Positions 1-13,444 are shown, counted from the first letter of the stretch. The stretch is 64,000 nucleotides of DNA from Camelus ferus (GCF_009834535.1 NC_045697.1:104410001-104474000); one strand, 5' to 3'. The notes: generated by a model not told the origin, from the sequence alone. Numbers and translations are program-made.

Positions 1-19
1 AGCTATGTAAACATGGACT

Positions 20-175
20 AGTTATACAACTTCTCTGAACCTCAATTCAGTAGTAAAAGTGGGGATAATGACAGTATCTATCCTGTGGGATTATAGTGAG
101 GGCTAAATGAATCAATATTTGTGAAGTGTTTAAAATTGTGCCTTGCATCGATTAAGTGCTATAAAGGCACTAGTT
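20..175 (+). mobile_element. MIR SINE fragment (core and 3' part)
   Basis: ctctgaacctca...gtaaaagtggggataatgacagtatcta...gtgagggctaaatga...aagtgct resembles the MIR core consensus. Confidence 0.65.
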
Positions 176-2083
176 AAAGACATAAAATAAATCATCATTA
201 TTCTCTGCATGCTTCTCATCATAACATCCTGAAAAATAACGTATGTAGACAGACTCCCAGCCAGACTAGAAAGGAAATGAAAGAAAAAGAAAACACTTCC
301 ATGTCTGAAAGAAAGAGGAAGTTATGAAAGGGACAGAGCAAGGAGGTCAAATTCCAAACCTCCGTGGGATATAGGGAATGAACTGCAGAGACACTCAAAT
401 AAATATCAAAGAATAGCAGAACATCAAAGCTAGCATCCCCCTCTTCCAGGTGTTGTCAAGGGAAGCAGCAAACTCAGAAGCCTTGCCTTCAGGCTGGAGC
501 CACACCCAATATGGTGCAATAGTGGCAGTGCTTCACTATCAGAGCAAAGTGTAAGAAAAATTTCTCCCACGTTTTATGTGGGATGAAGAAAACCCAGATG
601 TTTTCTAATACGCCTATCCCAGGGGAAGACTGGTGCCAAAAAAGAGGCCTGGAATCTTAGCAAATAGATATTTCTGAGATTCAGCTCTTCAAAGCAGAGT
701 CAAGGACAATTGGTGATCAATGGTAGAAGACGGTATCATAGGCCCAACGGGCAGGTGGGACCAAGCACCTCAGCAACAGGTCCATGAGAGAAAGGCCAAT
801 GCCAAGGGCAACTGGGTGACATCTCTTATGTTGATGAAAATGTAGGAAAATAGGCACTCTCATACCCAACTGAAAAGAATGCAAATTGTTACCACTTTAT
901 GGAGGGTAATTACAAAAAACCTACTAAAATAATTTTAGTTTATATATTAAGCCAGAAAACACTTAAATATACAAAGATTTTCATTTAAGGTTAGTAAAAT
1001 TTTACTGTATATACAGACAGCAAAAGATTGAAACCCAAAATGTTAACAATGCTGGGAGGCGGATGAAGGGTATTATATTTTTAATTAGAATATTTTCATA
1101 TACTCAGTTTCCTACAAATATTTTAATAGGTTCTGTTTCCTACAAGAAACATCTATAGATTCTTATAAGGAGGAAGACAGTCTTTATAAAAACCGCACTC
1201 TCTTATCTTTAATCCTCTTCCAAGTTAAGGCAGTCATTTTTCTGGAAAGCCTCTCAAGAAAAAGATAACCAAGGTTCTAAGTCTGTAAGCTAAGAGATCA
1301 GATGCTCATATTTGAAATTCAACCAAGACGCAACCACACCTTAAATTCAAACTAGAAATAGTCATTAGCTTCCCATATGTTGTTATTGTGTTCACCACTT
1401 GCCATTTAACTGTGCATAATTGACTATGCAGATTATTTAGAAAAACATTAATTTAGATAAATGGAAGAAATAATTTCTGGGATATTACACCATCAATATT
1501 CCCTTCTTCAGAAAAATACTGTGTATCTCTGCCTTTTATTTCTTGACAGGAAACAAAGACTTTATGGGGAGGAGGAACCCCACAGTCAACGATGAATTAA
1601 TTTTTCTTACTAAAGCTTATGAGTATTTTTCAAAGATTAAATAAATTATGTTTCCTGGTCTATCTTTATTCTGCTGCTTATTTGGCATCTTCAAAGAATT
1701 CTAATAGAAATGACTCTGCAGATAAGTCTTAGTTTTCGTTTTAGTTTCAGTTATAATGAGGTTTTTCCTACACATTTCTGTTGATCAAACAACCTCTCAG
1801 AAGTTTTGGTGTGGGGGAGGGCCTCTTAAATGTTTTTGAATCCATTATGTGAAATGAAACCATCGGCAACCTTTTCAAAGCAAAAACTCAAAGAAGAACA
1901 GTCATCTGATAAGGAAAGCAGTAAAATTGAACATGAAAATACTGGTGGTGAACATGGTCTAAAAGAACCCTCACCTGCGAAGGTTCTTAAGGCCACTTAG
2001 TCTCTCCCCACTCCCATTAAGTCAAATATGTCAAGCGAATGTATTTCGATCTGAGTGGCACTAATAGCAAACTGCTGATTGGA

Positions 2084-2253
2084 CCAGATTCTCAAAAGCT
2101 TGCAGTATCGGTCACCAAATAGCCAGAGAGTAAAAAACACTAGATATGATCTTATTACGTTAGTCTGGGGTAAGCCCAAGGTTCTGCACTTCTGACAAGC
2201 TACCAGGTGGTCCCACTGCTGCTGGTGCAAGGATCAGACACTAAGTAGCAAGG
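2084..2253 (+). mobile_element. MER5A1/MER5B-like hAT-Charlie MITE
   Basis: gtctggggtaagcccaaggttctgcacttctgacaagctaccaggtgg...gctgctggt...cactaagtagcaagg matches the MER5 body and terminus. Confidence 0.6.
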
Positions 2254-2480
2254 CTCGAGAGACAGTGAAGGAGAAAATTTTTATACCACTGTCTAAAACT
2301 GCTGAAATTCTGTAGATGAAAGAGCTACAAAACCTAGAAAGCTCTGTATCTTCTCAATTTTGCTGCAAACCTAAAATTCTCTAAAAAATAAAGTCTTGAT
2401 AGATGATGATGATAAAGATGTTAGACAGCTAGAATTGTTTTCTTATACATATTATTTATATTACATATATGTATGTACAC

Positions 2481-2498
2481 GTGTGTGTGTGTGTGTGT
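2481..2498. repeat. (GT)9 microsatellite
   Basis: Read directly. Confidence 0.9.
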
Positions 2499-3300
2499 AT
2501 GGTACATACATACAGGAGAGAGGGGTTGCCCAGCTCACCAGGATTCTCCCAGTCACAGGAGCTGAGCTCCTTGTCCTACCTTCTGGTAATATGGATGACT
2601 GGAATCAACGTAGAGATAACATTCTCTGTCTGATTCAAATTCTTTCACCCAGGAATTTAAAAACCTAACTGAAGACAAAGCCTCTACCACCCGTCCCTCC
2701 CCAGGCTGAGTTGTATAGTTCTTCCACCAATCATGTAAGCTGCCGATATTCCTTCCCAAAGTTTGCATTCAACAACCATTTCCTCCATGAATCTTGTTTT
2801 GGTTTTGTTCTATCATCTCTGAATAAAGGATCCATAAACAAGTGACAAAGAGTAGAAATAATGAAAACAGGCACCACTTATGCAACACCAATAGCCGGCA
2901 TTCTTGTTCCCTATTGTTTATTGTCTGTTGAGTGAAGATCGTGTACCCTCTGGGAAGAGCCCCGACAGGGATTCTGTTGGTGTTGGCACAATGCCTAGAA
3001 CTGACAGTCACGGCAGAGCTCAGCTCTCACGCACCTTCCCTTCTGTGGGTAGCGAACAGTATTAACACGCTGGAAAGGGACTCCAGGAGAGTGGAGGAAG
3101 CAATATGGAAATCAACAGGTAAGGAGAAGGGTAGGGACGTCAGGAGCAGGAAAAATAATTCCATGCTCCAGCAGTTCAAATGAGGCACTCTCCACTTTGT
3201 GGACTATGCCAATACTCTGTCACTGATGTAAGTTTGGGTGCTTGGAAAAGACTTTTTACCCTGACCAAGAACTTAGCATGAAGCTGCATCAATAATTGAA

Positions 3301-3461
3301 ATTAAAGAGTGGTAACTATGTGAAGTAATGGATATGTTAATTAGCTTGTTTGTAGTGATTATCTCCTAATGTATATGAACGTCAAAACATCAACTTACAC
3401 ATCTTAAATGTACCATTTTTAGTTGTCAATTATACCTCAATAAAGTAAAAAAAAGAAAAAT
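3301..3461 (+). mobile_element. 5'-truncated L1 (L1MA/MB-type) extreme 3' end with TSD
   Basis: ggtaactatgtga...gtcaattatacctcaataaa followed by an A-rich tail; flanked by direct repeat aataattgaa (3291-3300 and 3462-3471). Confidence 0.85.
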
Positions 3462-4636
3462 AATAATTGAACTGTCCTATGGGTGATCACTAGACTGTGT
3501 GCAGGATTTCTACAAGCAGAAATGGTCTGACTCACCACCACAACCACCATTACTACCATAAAAGTTTTCAGTATTTAATCTCTTCAACTTTTCACAACGC
3601 AGCATCATTTAGGTGAGCGAGATGTTGAGAAACAACATTATCCCTCCTTTAATGAGCACCACATTCAGGTCTACTGTTCACTCCTCAATGAAATCCTTTA
3701 ACTGGCTGTTTATTCTGAGATTTCAAAACATTTTGAACAAGTCAGGGCTGAAACCAACAAATAAATTCATAGACGAATGCCCAAGCATGAAGACCACATA
3801 ACTAAGGAAGAGGGGGCAAGAAGCAGGTTTGTTTGCCCCAAATCCTTAAGTAGCTGCTTCTTCCTTTCCTTCCTTCACACACTCACAGAGTTTTATGGAT
3901 GAAGAGGATTTGAAGATGAATTGTAGGAAGGAGGATGTAAACTCCTAAATATCGGAATTTCCTCAGAATAAAGAAAGCGATGGGAAGTTGTAGGCATCTT
4001 CTTGGGCTTTAAGATGCTCACAGGGCACCTCTTGTTCCCTTCAGCTAGGATGGGTCTGTTTTTACAGTTCCTGTCCTCCTGGTCTCCCCCAAAAGGAGAT
4101 GAGGTATCTTCTCCCCTCCCAGAAGCTTGAGAATATCCAACTTTCATCCAGAGGTCAGAATAAAAATAACCCGCAGCGTGTAGCTGTTATCTCTCTATAA
4201 ACCCAGTGAATTCAAGAGGAGAATGACAAATAGGAGTCCCTAGAGATAGTGATTTGAAGATATCCTTTGGACTCTGCTTACCTGAAGGAAAGATTTAAGA
4301 ATAAACACAAAGTAGATGAGAACTGCAAGAGAAAGTAACCCAGATGCCAGCTGAGGCCTCCCTGGCCCCTAGAGAACGGGATATGATTGAGTCAATCCCC
4401 CATTTTCATGTGCTGTGCAAACCCAAATCCTTCCCCAAGATAACTGTAAATTTGGGTGAGGGGAGGGACCAATATGTTTCAATGACCTCCAGCTACAAAC
4501 CACTGCTTCCTTAGTTTGCTGATCACTTTGCCTTCTCAAAGGTGATGTCTCTCTTCTGAACTGCATCAAAGTGCAGCATCAGCACTAGTCTTAATTTCTT
4601 CACATACTTACATGCACATTCTCTGTGTGTATGTGA

Positions 4637-4640
<4 letters not shown>

Positions 4641-4685
<45 letters not shown>

Positions 4686-4697
4686 ACACACACACAC
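4641..4697. repeat. (CT)20 followed by short (CA)n, compound microsatellite
   Basis: Read directly. Confidence 0.95.
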
Positions 4698-5022
4698 CCC
4701 CCTTGCTAAGAAATAAGTGACTCTGGTATATTTTAAGAGTTTTCCAGGTATTGGGGAGAAACTTTTAAAGATCTCCAAGGACCTCTGTACCAAGTATATT
4801 TCTATAGCTGACTTGATCTGTACCTGATCGCTCAGCCCCAAGCCGTCTCATATATGCGACCTCACTTCCTCCTTCTCCCTTCTCCTCATTTTCTCACTCA
4901 AAAGCAAAAACACATTCCTTGTATTGCCTCATGCAAAGCAATTTGGTCATCACCTTTACTGCATTGGCTCCGATCTTCACCATGTCCTCGGGATCTCACT
5001 ACACAGCACAGCACTCTAGGGC

Positions 5023-5181
5023 CATGGTTCTTGAGAGTGGTCACCAGAACGGTGGCATCAGCACCACCTATGAACTTAATTCTCAGACCCCACTCCAGAC
5101 CTACGGCCTCAGAAACTCTGGAATCTGTTTTATCACATCTGCCGGGTGATTCTGATGCACACTGAAGTTTGAGAGCCATTG
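5023..5181 (-). mobile_element. MER5A hAT-Charlie MITE
   Basis: catggttcttgagagtggtc...gcatcagcaccacct...gggtgattctgatgcacactgaagtttgagagccattg is the reverse complement of MER5A with both termini. Confidence 0.8.
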
Positions 5182-6163
5182 CTTTAGGGAGTAACAGTCA
5201 AGGGACTGGTAGAGGAAGAGCTGCCAACAAAAGAGATGGAGAAAAAAAGTTTCCACAGTAGAATTGTTTTCCGTGGCAGTGCCAACAAAGTGGCTTGAAG
5301 GGAGGGAAGTTTAGTCACCACCACCACCACCCCCGTAATCTCCTGTCACTTAACCAATGTAGCTTCAAGACAAATGGCCCATCTCCCAGTTCCTACTAGA
5401 TTGCTACACTCTTCCAACAAGCCCCTTCATAAAAAAAAGTTTGAAGCTGCCAATGATTTCTTTAGTGTTGCCGTGGCTATTACATAGGCTGATGGTATCA
5501 TATTCAAAGACAGTATATTTATAATCAGACAATAATTGTTAAAAATAAGGAGAGGGTGGTTGCATACAAATAGTACAGAAACCAACAAGGTAGTTGACAA
5601 TGAGTGATTAGTTCTAGCTTCTTTTCATATTATAAATCATAGCCTCTTTTCTCTGTTTCTTTTCTATAACTAAATCGGAGCACAGAGCAAATAATATATT
5701 CAAAAGACAAGCCAGTTTTGGCCTCAAATTCTAACAGTAAATCATACCAGAGACTGGCCAGTGGATAATTATTTTGTGACTTAACCTAGCACAAAGTTTT
5801 TTGGATTGCTTCCATCCATGATCAAGGTCAATCATTGCAAACAAACCTCACAAAAGGTACCACACAGCCAGCAGCTTCAGGGGGAACAAACGGCAAAAGG
5901 GTATGTGGGAGGGAAAGCTGGAGGAACTTAGAAGATCCCATGACCTAGGTTCTCCTCTACCCCAACTGGAAACAGCAAAAACAAACATCTTTCATAATTT
6001 AGGCAACCAGTGAGCTGTCTCTTGGCCTGACATTAATTGTTTTATGCCCGTAATAAGTACTGTTGTAACTATAAGAGCAAAGGTGGTCTATAGGACTTTT
6101 CAATGGTGTTCAAAATATTCTTTCGATTTCCTAACATATTTTATATGTCTTCCTACATATTGA

Positions 6164-6658
6164 TGTCTGGATTAGTTGTATATTGCTACAGAACAAATTA
6201 CTGCAAAATTTAGTGGCTTAAGACAACAAATATTTATTATCTCACATCATTTCTGGGTTCAGGAACCTGTGAGCCACATAGCTGAACAACTGTGGCTCTG
6301 ATTCTCTCACGAGGCTATAGTCAAGTCAATCAAAGCCATGTTAGAAAGCTTTACTGAGGCTGGAGGATTCGCTTCCAAGATGGTGTATACACACGGCGAT
6401 TTTGCAGGAAGCCTCAGTTGCTCAACACAAGGGCATCTCCATATGGCTGCTCACAAAATGGCAGCTAACATCCACCAAGTGAGTATTCCAAGACAGAGCA
6501 TGGAGCCCCCTATGACCTAGTTTCTAAAGTTGCATACTGTTATTACCACTTTATTCTTTTTGATGGAAGTTGGTCACTAAGTAGAGCCCACACTCAGTAA
6601 GATGGGATGGGAAGGGAGGCGTATTAAAGAATTTGTGGACACATCTACAACCATCACA
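6164..6658 (-). mobile_element. MaLR solo LTR (MLT1F/G-like)
   Basis: attgctacagaacaaattac...aaaatttagtggcttaagacaac...gctggaggattcgcttccaagatgg...gaatttgtggacacat...accatcaca. Confidence 0.8.
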
Positions 6659-6909
6659 ATATTTTTAAAGGTTTATTGGGATTTTCTCCATGAATATTTC
6701 ACACTCCTTCCAATTTTATGTATTTATTTTTTAACAAAACTCACCGATAATCAGTAACAGTGACTGCATAAATCTACACATGTAATAATATGGCACAGAA
6801 CTCAACATGTATTGTAAAACATCAGTTTTGTGGGTTTGCTAGATATTTAAGTAAAATGTACTCATGGCTGCTTCATACTATCTTTGCAACTTCCTGTGAT
6901 TCTTTAACT

Positions 6910-7290
6910 ATCATACATAATATTCTTGAAATGACAAAATTTTAGAAATAAACAATTAAAGGTTACCAGGGATTAGGAGCAGGAGAGGGGGTGGGATGGA
7001 AATGAACATGGTTAGAAAAAGGCAAAATGAGGGATCCTTGTGGTGACCTAACTGATTTTCATCTTGACTGTTGTGTAGAGTGGGTATATATGAGTACAAA
7101 TAAAACTAAGGAACTATGAATAAAATTGGTGCATTTTATCAACATCAATATCTTGTGATACTGTATGTTGTAAGACATAACCATTGGGGAAATCTAGGTA
7201 GAATGTATTAGGTAATCGGATCTCTCTGTAGTGTTTCTACAACTTCATGTGAATCTGCAATTCCATTAAAATAGAAAAGTTTACTTTAAA
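6910..7290 (+). mobile_element. Old L1 (L1MD-like) 3' UTR fragment
   Basis: ttcttgaaatgacaaaatt...ggttaccagggattagg...gagggatccttgtggtga...accattggggaaa...ggatctctctgta...atgtgaatct. Confidence 0.75.
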
Positions 7291-8533
7291 AAATTACATC
7301 TTCATAAACCTGTCTTTGTAACCAAATGCGAAATGTGCAAAGACATTTGTACTGAACACTTAACTAATATTTTGCTCTTACAATCACGTTAGCTGGAAGG
7401 CTTTAACAAAAATGCAAAGTTGGAGCGTTAAGACTCCCCTCTAGGAGAAAGGAACCACATGATTCCTAAAGATTTAGAACTTCCCAAATAATGAAAAGTA
7501 TTGCTCTAGCCTGGATCCCTACTAGGAAATGCAAGATAAACAAAGGCTGCATACTAGTATAAAGTCTAATACAGTTGTCTTTTAAGAAACTAACAACCGC
7601 AATAAAATTAGGACAGCTTGCTAAAGACTAGCCTATGCATGTGAGTGTACATAAGACCTGAACTGCCTTAATAGATTTTTCCAGGTAGTCACTTTAAGCC
7701 AGTTTTGTCTTCAGTCTTTACAGGAATGTATATGTGTATCTATCTGTCATTAAGTGTCCATCTGTCTGTCTTATGGTATAATTGTGTTCCTTTTCCTAGT
7801 TCTACATCAACCAGATTGATGGCATTATTATTAATTCAGCCTTTTATTCTTGTGGATTCTAACATTGACTCCTCAAGTTTCCTCTGAAAACTTTAAAATA
7901 ATATATTTGCTTTCTGAGAAATACTAAGTGTTCTGACCTCCTCCTTTATATTGCTGATATTAAAAAGTTATTAGGCATATTTTTTCAAATAGCCTGATTG
8001 TAATTATTTGCCCTTACAACTTAGTCTTTATAAGTAGGGATAAAACAAATGAAGTTCACTTTTGTTAAGGTTTAGATAACTCAGATTTAATGAAAGCTAT
8101 CATGTAAAGTTGTTGATATTTCTTATCTAGAGTATTATTAAAATTTTTTAAGAAATGCTTATTTCTGAATAGTGTTTTGCATGTAAAACATTCTAAAGAA
8201 ATAAGTTAAATATTGAAAGTCATTATCTCAGATGATATAATTCACAATGATTTTAATTTTTTTTATCAAAAATATCTTATTTTTCAAATTTGCTACACCA
8301 AGCATGTGTACTTTTTAAGTCAGAAAATATGTTTTTGAAAACATTGATGTATTACATTTTGTGTGATAATAGTCATAAAAAATAACATACTCAGCAAAAT
8401 GATTAAAATGCCAACAGTGATTCTCTTCTGTTGAGCTATTAGTGATACTGTCTTCTATTTTTCAAATTTTTCACATTTTTCCTAGTGAGCATTTATTAAT
8501 TTTGTAATGAAGAGATAACATAAGACATATTTA

Positions 8534-8673
8534 AGGGGTGGGAAGGGCACAGCTCAGTGGTAGAGCACTGTGCTTAGCATGTACAAGGTCCTTGGTTCAA
8601 TCCCCAGTACCCCCATTAAGATAAATAAGTAAACCTAATTACCTCCCCCAACCACCCCCCGAATTTTTTAAAC
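8534..8673 (+). mobile_element. Camelid tRNA-Ala-derived SINE (vic-1 type), long form
   Basis: A box agctcagtgg, B box ggttcaatcc, cttagcatg anticodon-arm remnant, aaacctaattacctcccc tail; TSD acatattta (8525-8533 / 8674-8682). Confidence 0.9.
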
Positions 8674-9314
8674 ACATATTTATATCACCACCCCTTCCCC
8701 TATGCTTTATTCTTCTCAAATATCAGATTAGCTGTAGTTCCACTTTAAGAAATCTTGGCTCTCACTGTCAACAGAAGTTTGCCAGTAGACAGAGGTTTAC
8801 ACCAGTATTAGTCATAGGACAAGGAGAAAAGAGCAAAAAACCAAACCCAGAAAGAACTGTAGCAACCACAAAAGAAATCCAGTCACGCAGACACTAGTTT
8901 ACAAGTGACAATTTATGATCTTCCACAGAGATTGTTCATAACGTACATAGTTCCTCTTACCTTTCTCCAATATCAATATAAGCAGCTCAGGGCAAAGAGA
9001 AGGAGACTGACATGAAAGTGATTAAAGAGAAAGGTGGTTTTTTAAAAAAACAGAGGTTACCATAGACTCAGCCTCAGTGAGTACCCACCTTTCAAACAGT
9101 GCAATTCATGTAGAAAACTGTAAGGGCTCTAACCCTAAAAAAGAGTTTGGAAAGTCCCAACACCTGCTCCCTGATGCCAGACACCCAAACTCAAAATGCA
9201 AAACACTGTACATGAGAAGGAAATAAAATCAGAAGAAGAAAGCAACAGTTGAATCAATACTGAGTGGAGAAAAAAATTCTAATAATGGGTCAGTTTCAAA
9301 AGAATAACACTGGC

Positions 9315-9710
9315 TGTTGGTTCACAAACTGGCCCCCGAAGCAAAGAGTAAGCCCCCAAAGAAAGAGGCAGACCTTTCCTGATTAGAGGGCTGCAGGTTT
9401 AATAATCAAGGGAACTTACATCCACGGCTTGGCTTGGGTGGCCACAAGATGAGCAAATCTCCCCACCTGTCTGCCAGAATGTTAAAAGTTTATATAGAAG
9501 CCTTAGCTCGGTTCAGTCACATATTTAGTCCAGATGGTCTTAACAACACCTTACTCTCTCAAGGCTATGTCTTTGAAACAGTTCCTACTATGGGAATGGT
9601 GGGTGGAACAAACATTCCAAAGACGGGGAGAGGGCGGGGAGGCTCCATTTGCCTAAGACCAGCTTGGGGGTCAACCAGTGGTCACATCTTCTCCATGACC
9701 TCCTCCAACA
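9315..9710 (-). mobile_element. Endogenous retrovirus solo LTR
   Basis: Termini TGTTGG...CCAACA; flanks ctggc/gtggc (5-bp TSD, one mismatch); minus-strand TATATAAA (9489-9496) and ATTAAA (9398-9403). Confidence 0.85.
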
Positions 9711-9854
9711 GTGGCTAAGTTAAAATTAGTCATAACTTTGTATGCCTTTATCTTGATTTTCTCAGTCATAGTAGGCCTTGATGAAAATAAAATAACTTTA
9801 ATAAAAATTAATTGAAAATAATAAGTGCTGATTTCTAATTTGTTGATTGCCTTC

Positions 9855-10520
9855 TGCCTTAGTCTCAGTCTCCCAGAAAGCAGAACTGAAGGCAAAAGCC
9901 TATTACTCCACTCCTTTATTAGGAAGCACAAGCCTAGAAAAGCAGGAGTGAGGCAAAGGCGAAAAGTCAAAGAGGAGGGAAAGCAAATGCAAGTAGTTTA
10001 TAAGGTTCTTGGATTGTTCTGTCTTCTGTAACTACCTCCGAATAGGTGTATAAATTACTATCTCAGAACAATCCATCCAAGGGAAGAAATGAGGAAAAGT
10101 CTGTCCCCCGGTTAGCATCTCTTACTGAATGAAGTTTCTCCCCACTGACATTGACTCCCCTGTACCTCTGGGCTACACATTGGACCAAGTGGTTCCTGCA
10201 TTCTCACACTTCAGCAGCAACAAGGACACCACAGGATAAGAGGTGAAAGGCACACAGCACAAGCATAAAGCAAAGCACTGCCATATTTTCCCTTGTTAAG
10301 TCAGTGGCTGCAAAGCTCAGTGCAAGAAATGTCCAAAGACTCTAGAAAGAGGTGAAACCAAATGATCTGAGATACATAAAACGTATCTGATACATCCCAC
10401 CCCCTCACAGTGCTCAATCATCTCACCTCATATATAGCTCCTGTACGATAATTTAAGCTTCCATTGTTGTTAAAACAAAATGCCCTTACTTGTCCTCTGA
10501 GTGGGAGATACGAAACCTAA
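9855..10520 (-). mobile_element. ERVL-type (LTR16/LTR33-like) LTR 9855-10394 with adjacent polypurine tract and short internal remnant
   Basis: tgccttagtctcagtctcccagaaagcagaactgaaggcaa... resembles reversed LTR16/33; on the minus strand gagggggtggga (10395-10406) abuts TGTATCAGA. Confidence 0.6.
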
Positions 10521-10529
10521 TTAGTTACA

Positions 10530-12512
10530 GAAATGTTTTCAAAATGATGATCACTTTGGAACTGAATTATGATGAAAACACAACATAGCAAAATTTGTGG
10601 CATCCAGCTAAGTTAGCAGTTTGAGGGAAATTTTTAGCACTAAATGCCAGTACTAGAAAAGAAGAAAGGTCTCAAATCACTATGCTCAGTTTCTACCTTA
10701 AGAACCTGGGGGGGAAAGCAAGTTAAATCTAAAATAAACATTAAAACAGAAAAAAGAGAGGAGCAGAAATCAACAAAACTGAAAAACAATAGAGAAGATT
10801 TTAAGAAACAAACACTGTATCTGCAACAAGATCATATGGATCAGGAAATAAATGAGAGAAGATACAAATTATTATTATCAGGAATGAGAGGGGTGACACA
10901 ACTATAAAAGTGACACAAATATTAAAATGATTATAGAGAATATTTTTAACAATATTTTTCCATTAAAGTTAAAACTTTGATGAAATGGACAATGCTTATT
11001 CAAGAAATAATAGATCATCTGAATATGTATTAAGTTTGTAGTTATAAACACTCTAACAATGAAAACTCCTGGCCCAGATGGGCTCATTGCTTAATTCTCC
11101 AAACATTTCAGGAAAAAGGAACACAAACTACAGAAACTTTTTCAGAAAATAACAAATAAGTAAAATGTAAAACTCAGTTGGTGAGGCCAGGCTTAACCAT
11201 GTACTAAAACCAGACAAAGATATTACAATATAAGATAACTACAAACTAATATTCTTCATGGATGTAGATGCAAAAAATTTTTTTTTAATTTTTGAAAATT
11301 AACTCCATCAATACATAAAAGGGATAATACATTATGATTAAGTGGTGTTTATTTCAGGAATGCAAGGTTAGTTTAACAGCCAAAACCAGTCAACCTAAAT
11401 CACTGCCTTAGTAAACTAAAAAGAAAAATCTTATGATCACCTCAATAGATAGAGAAAAAGCATTTGATAAAATCCAGTTGTCTACTCTCATTTACTTCTG
11501 TTCAGTATATTGGAGGCTCCAGTCAGTGCAATAAGGCAAGAAAAAGAAACAAAAAAATTAAGTAATTTGGAGGGAAAAATGAAACTTTCATTTATAAACA
11601 TAACTATTAATGTAGAAAATCCTACAGAAGCTACAAAAAAACTATTAGAACTAATAAGTGAATTTAGCAATGTTGTAGGATATGAGGCCAATATACAAAA
11701 ATAAGCTGTGTATCTAAGTAATACCAACAGTCATAACTGATATAAGATACATATAATTTACAGGAATATCAAAATATGAAACACAGAGGGATAAATCTGA
11801 AAATAGATGTGTGACTTATACACTGACAACTACAATAAAGTACTGAAATAATTTTTTAATTAAGTAAATGGAGAAATACATCACACTGAAGGATTAGAAG
11901 ACTCTACTCTAAAACATCAATTCTCACCAAATTGATGTATAGCTTCAATATAATCTCAATCAAAATCCAAGTGTTCTTTTCTATAGAAATTGACAAGCTT
12001 ATTATTATATTTATATGGGAAACCAAAGAACCTAAAATTGCCAAAAATCTTTGGCTAAAAAGATACAAATTTGGAATATTTCCACACCAATACTTGTTTC
12101 AAGACTGATAATAGTAATCAAGACAGATTATAAAGAGAGACAAATAAATCAATGGAACAGAATAAAATTCAGAAATATCTCTACACATCATGGTCAATTC
12201 ATTTTGAACCAAGGTACTAGGACAATTCACTGAGGAAGGAAAAATTATTTCAACAAATAGTGCTGAAATTATTGGAGAGCCTTATGCAAAAAAAAATAAT
12301 AATAAATAACCTTGACTCTTATTTCACATCATTTACAAAAATTGACTCAAAAGAGATTGAATAATGAATGTAAAAGCTAAAACTATACAACTTCTCCAAA
12401 AAACAAGGAAAGATTTTAGTGCCCTTGAGTTTGGCAAAGGTTTCTTAAGTATAACACAAGAAGCACAAACAGTAAGAGAAAAACAGACCAGTAAATTTGA
12501 CTCCATCAAAAC
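10530..12512 (+). mobile_element. Degraded old L1 ORF2 fragment (RT region), internally deleted
   Basis: ORF remnants such as VENPTEATKKLLELISEFSNVVGY, ISIDREKAFDKIQ-like and QWNRI; many stops and frameshifts. Confidence 0.9.
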
Positions 12513-13444
12513 TTCAATCCATCTCCACTTCACCTCCCCCACCACAAGGAAAACTAGTTTTGTGTGTTGGGATTTGGGACACATATTTCCAATATTTCCA
12601 ATGATTAACACGCTGGTTGTAGTAGTCTTCAGGCACCTGTGTGTGGAGAAGAGAGGGAACACAGGTTTTATCCTCATTCTACCCCTCGGTCTTCTCAGAA
12701 CATGCTATAATCCTGGTTAAATATTAAGTTTCTGCCTACTCACTCCAAGCAGGGTTTAAAGTCACACATAGAGAAGGTTTTCCTCATGTCAACAAAGTAT
12801 TTACTTTCTTGGGCCAGCATTTATTTTGATATTCCCAAAGTTCCCAATTCTGCATGGTTTCCAACTATTGCCCATCTTCCTGAAATAGTACTAGTAGTCT
12901 GTTCCTGTCAGTCATCGGATGAGAAGCTTATGATATATTTGTGCAACTGTTACACGAGGACAGCAGGAAGGGTGATGTAAGCGCCGTGTCAGCATTGCCC
13001 CTCCCACTCCTCAACCATTTCAACTAATAGTATACGTGCTTCTTAGCTTTCACTACCTCTTTGTCCAAAGACAACATCACAAACCAATATGCATTTTTTC
13101 TATTTGTAAGTCTTCCTTTTCTAAATTTATAACACGGGAATAAACACATCCTTTTAAAATATCAAGTTAAACCAAAATGTTTATGATTAAAGTGACCATA
13201 TAATTTATTATGCAAACTGGGACATTTTTGTCTGGCACAAATATTAACACAAACAGGACATAGGACACAAAGTATAAACCAGAGCTGTTGCAGGTAAACA
13301 AATACATAAATTTACTCCACTTACAATGCAAAGCAGCAATTCCTGACCTCCTCCAACACCTGACCTCACTCTCCACCATCCATCACTGTTACCTCTTTTA
13401 GCTATTTCTCCTGGAAGTTGTCTCCACTTTTTTTAAATTCAGCA

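Noticed and set aside
3053..3118. 66-nt plus-strand exon candidate (tag|...cag|gtaagg)
   Set aside because: Weak acceptor, unrecognised peptide and no partner exons.
8534..8615. tRNA-Ala(AGC) gene calls for the SINE heads (also 33313, 52500, 57750, etc.)
   Set aside because: A-rich tails, TSDs and broken stems show these are retroposed SINEs, not tRNA genes.
12515..13030. ERV internal coding remnant
   Set aside because: I could not read any gag/pol motif, so it is left unassigned.
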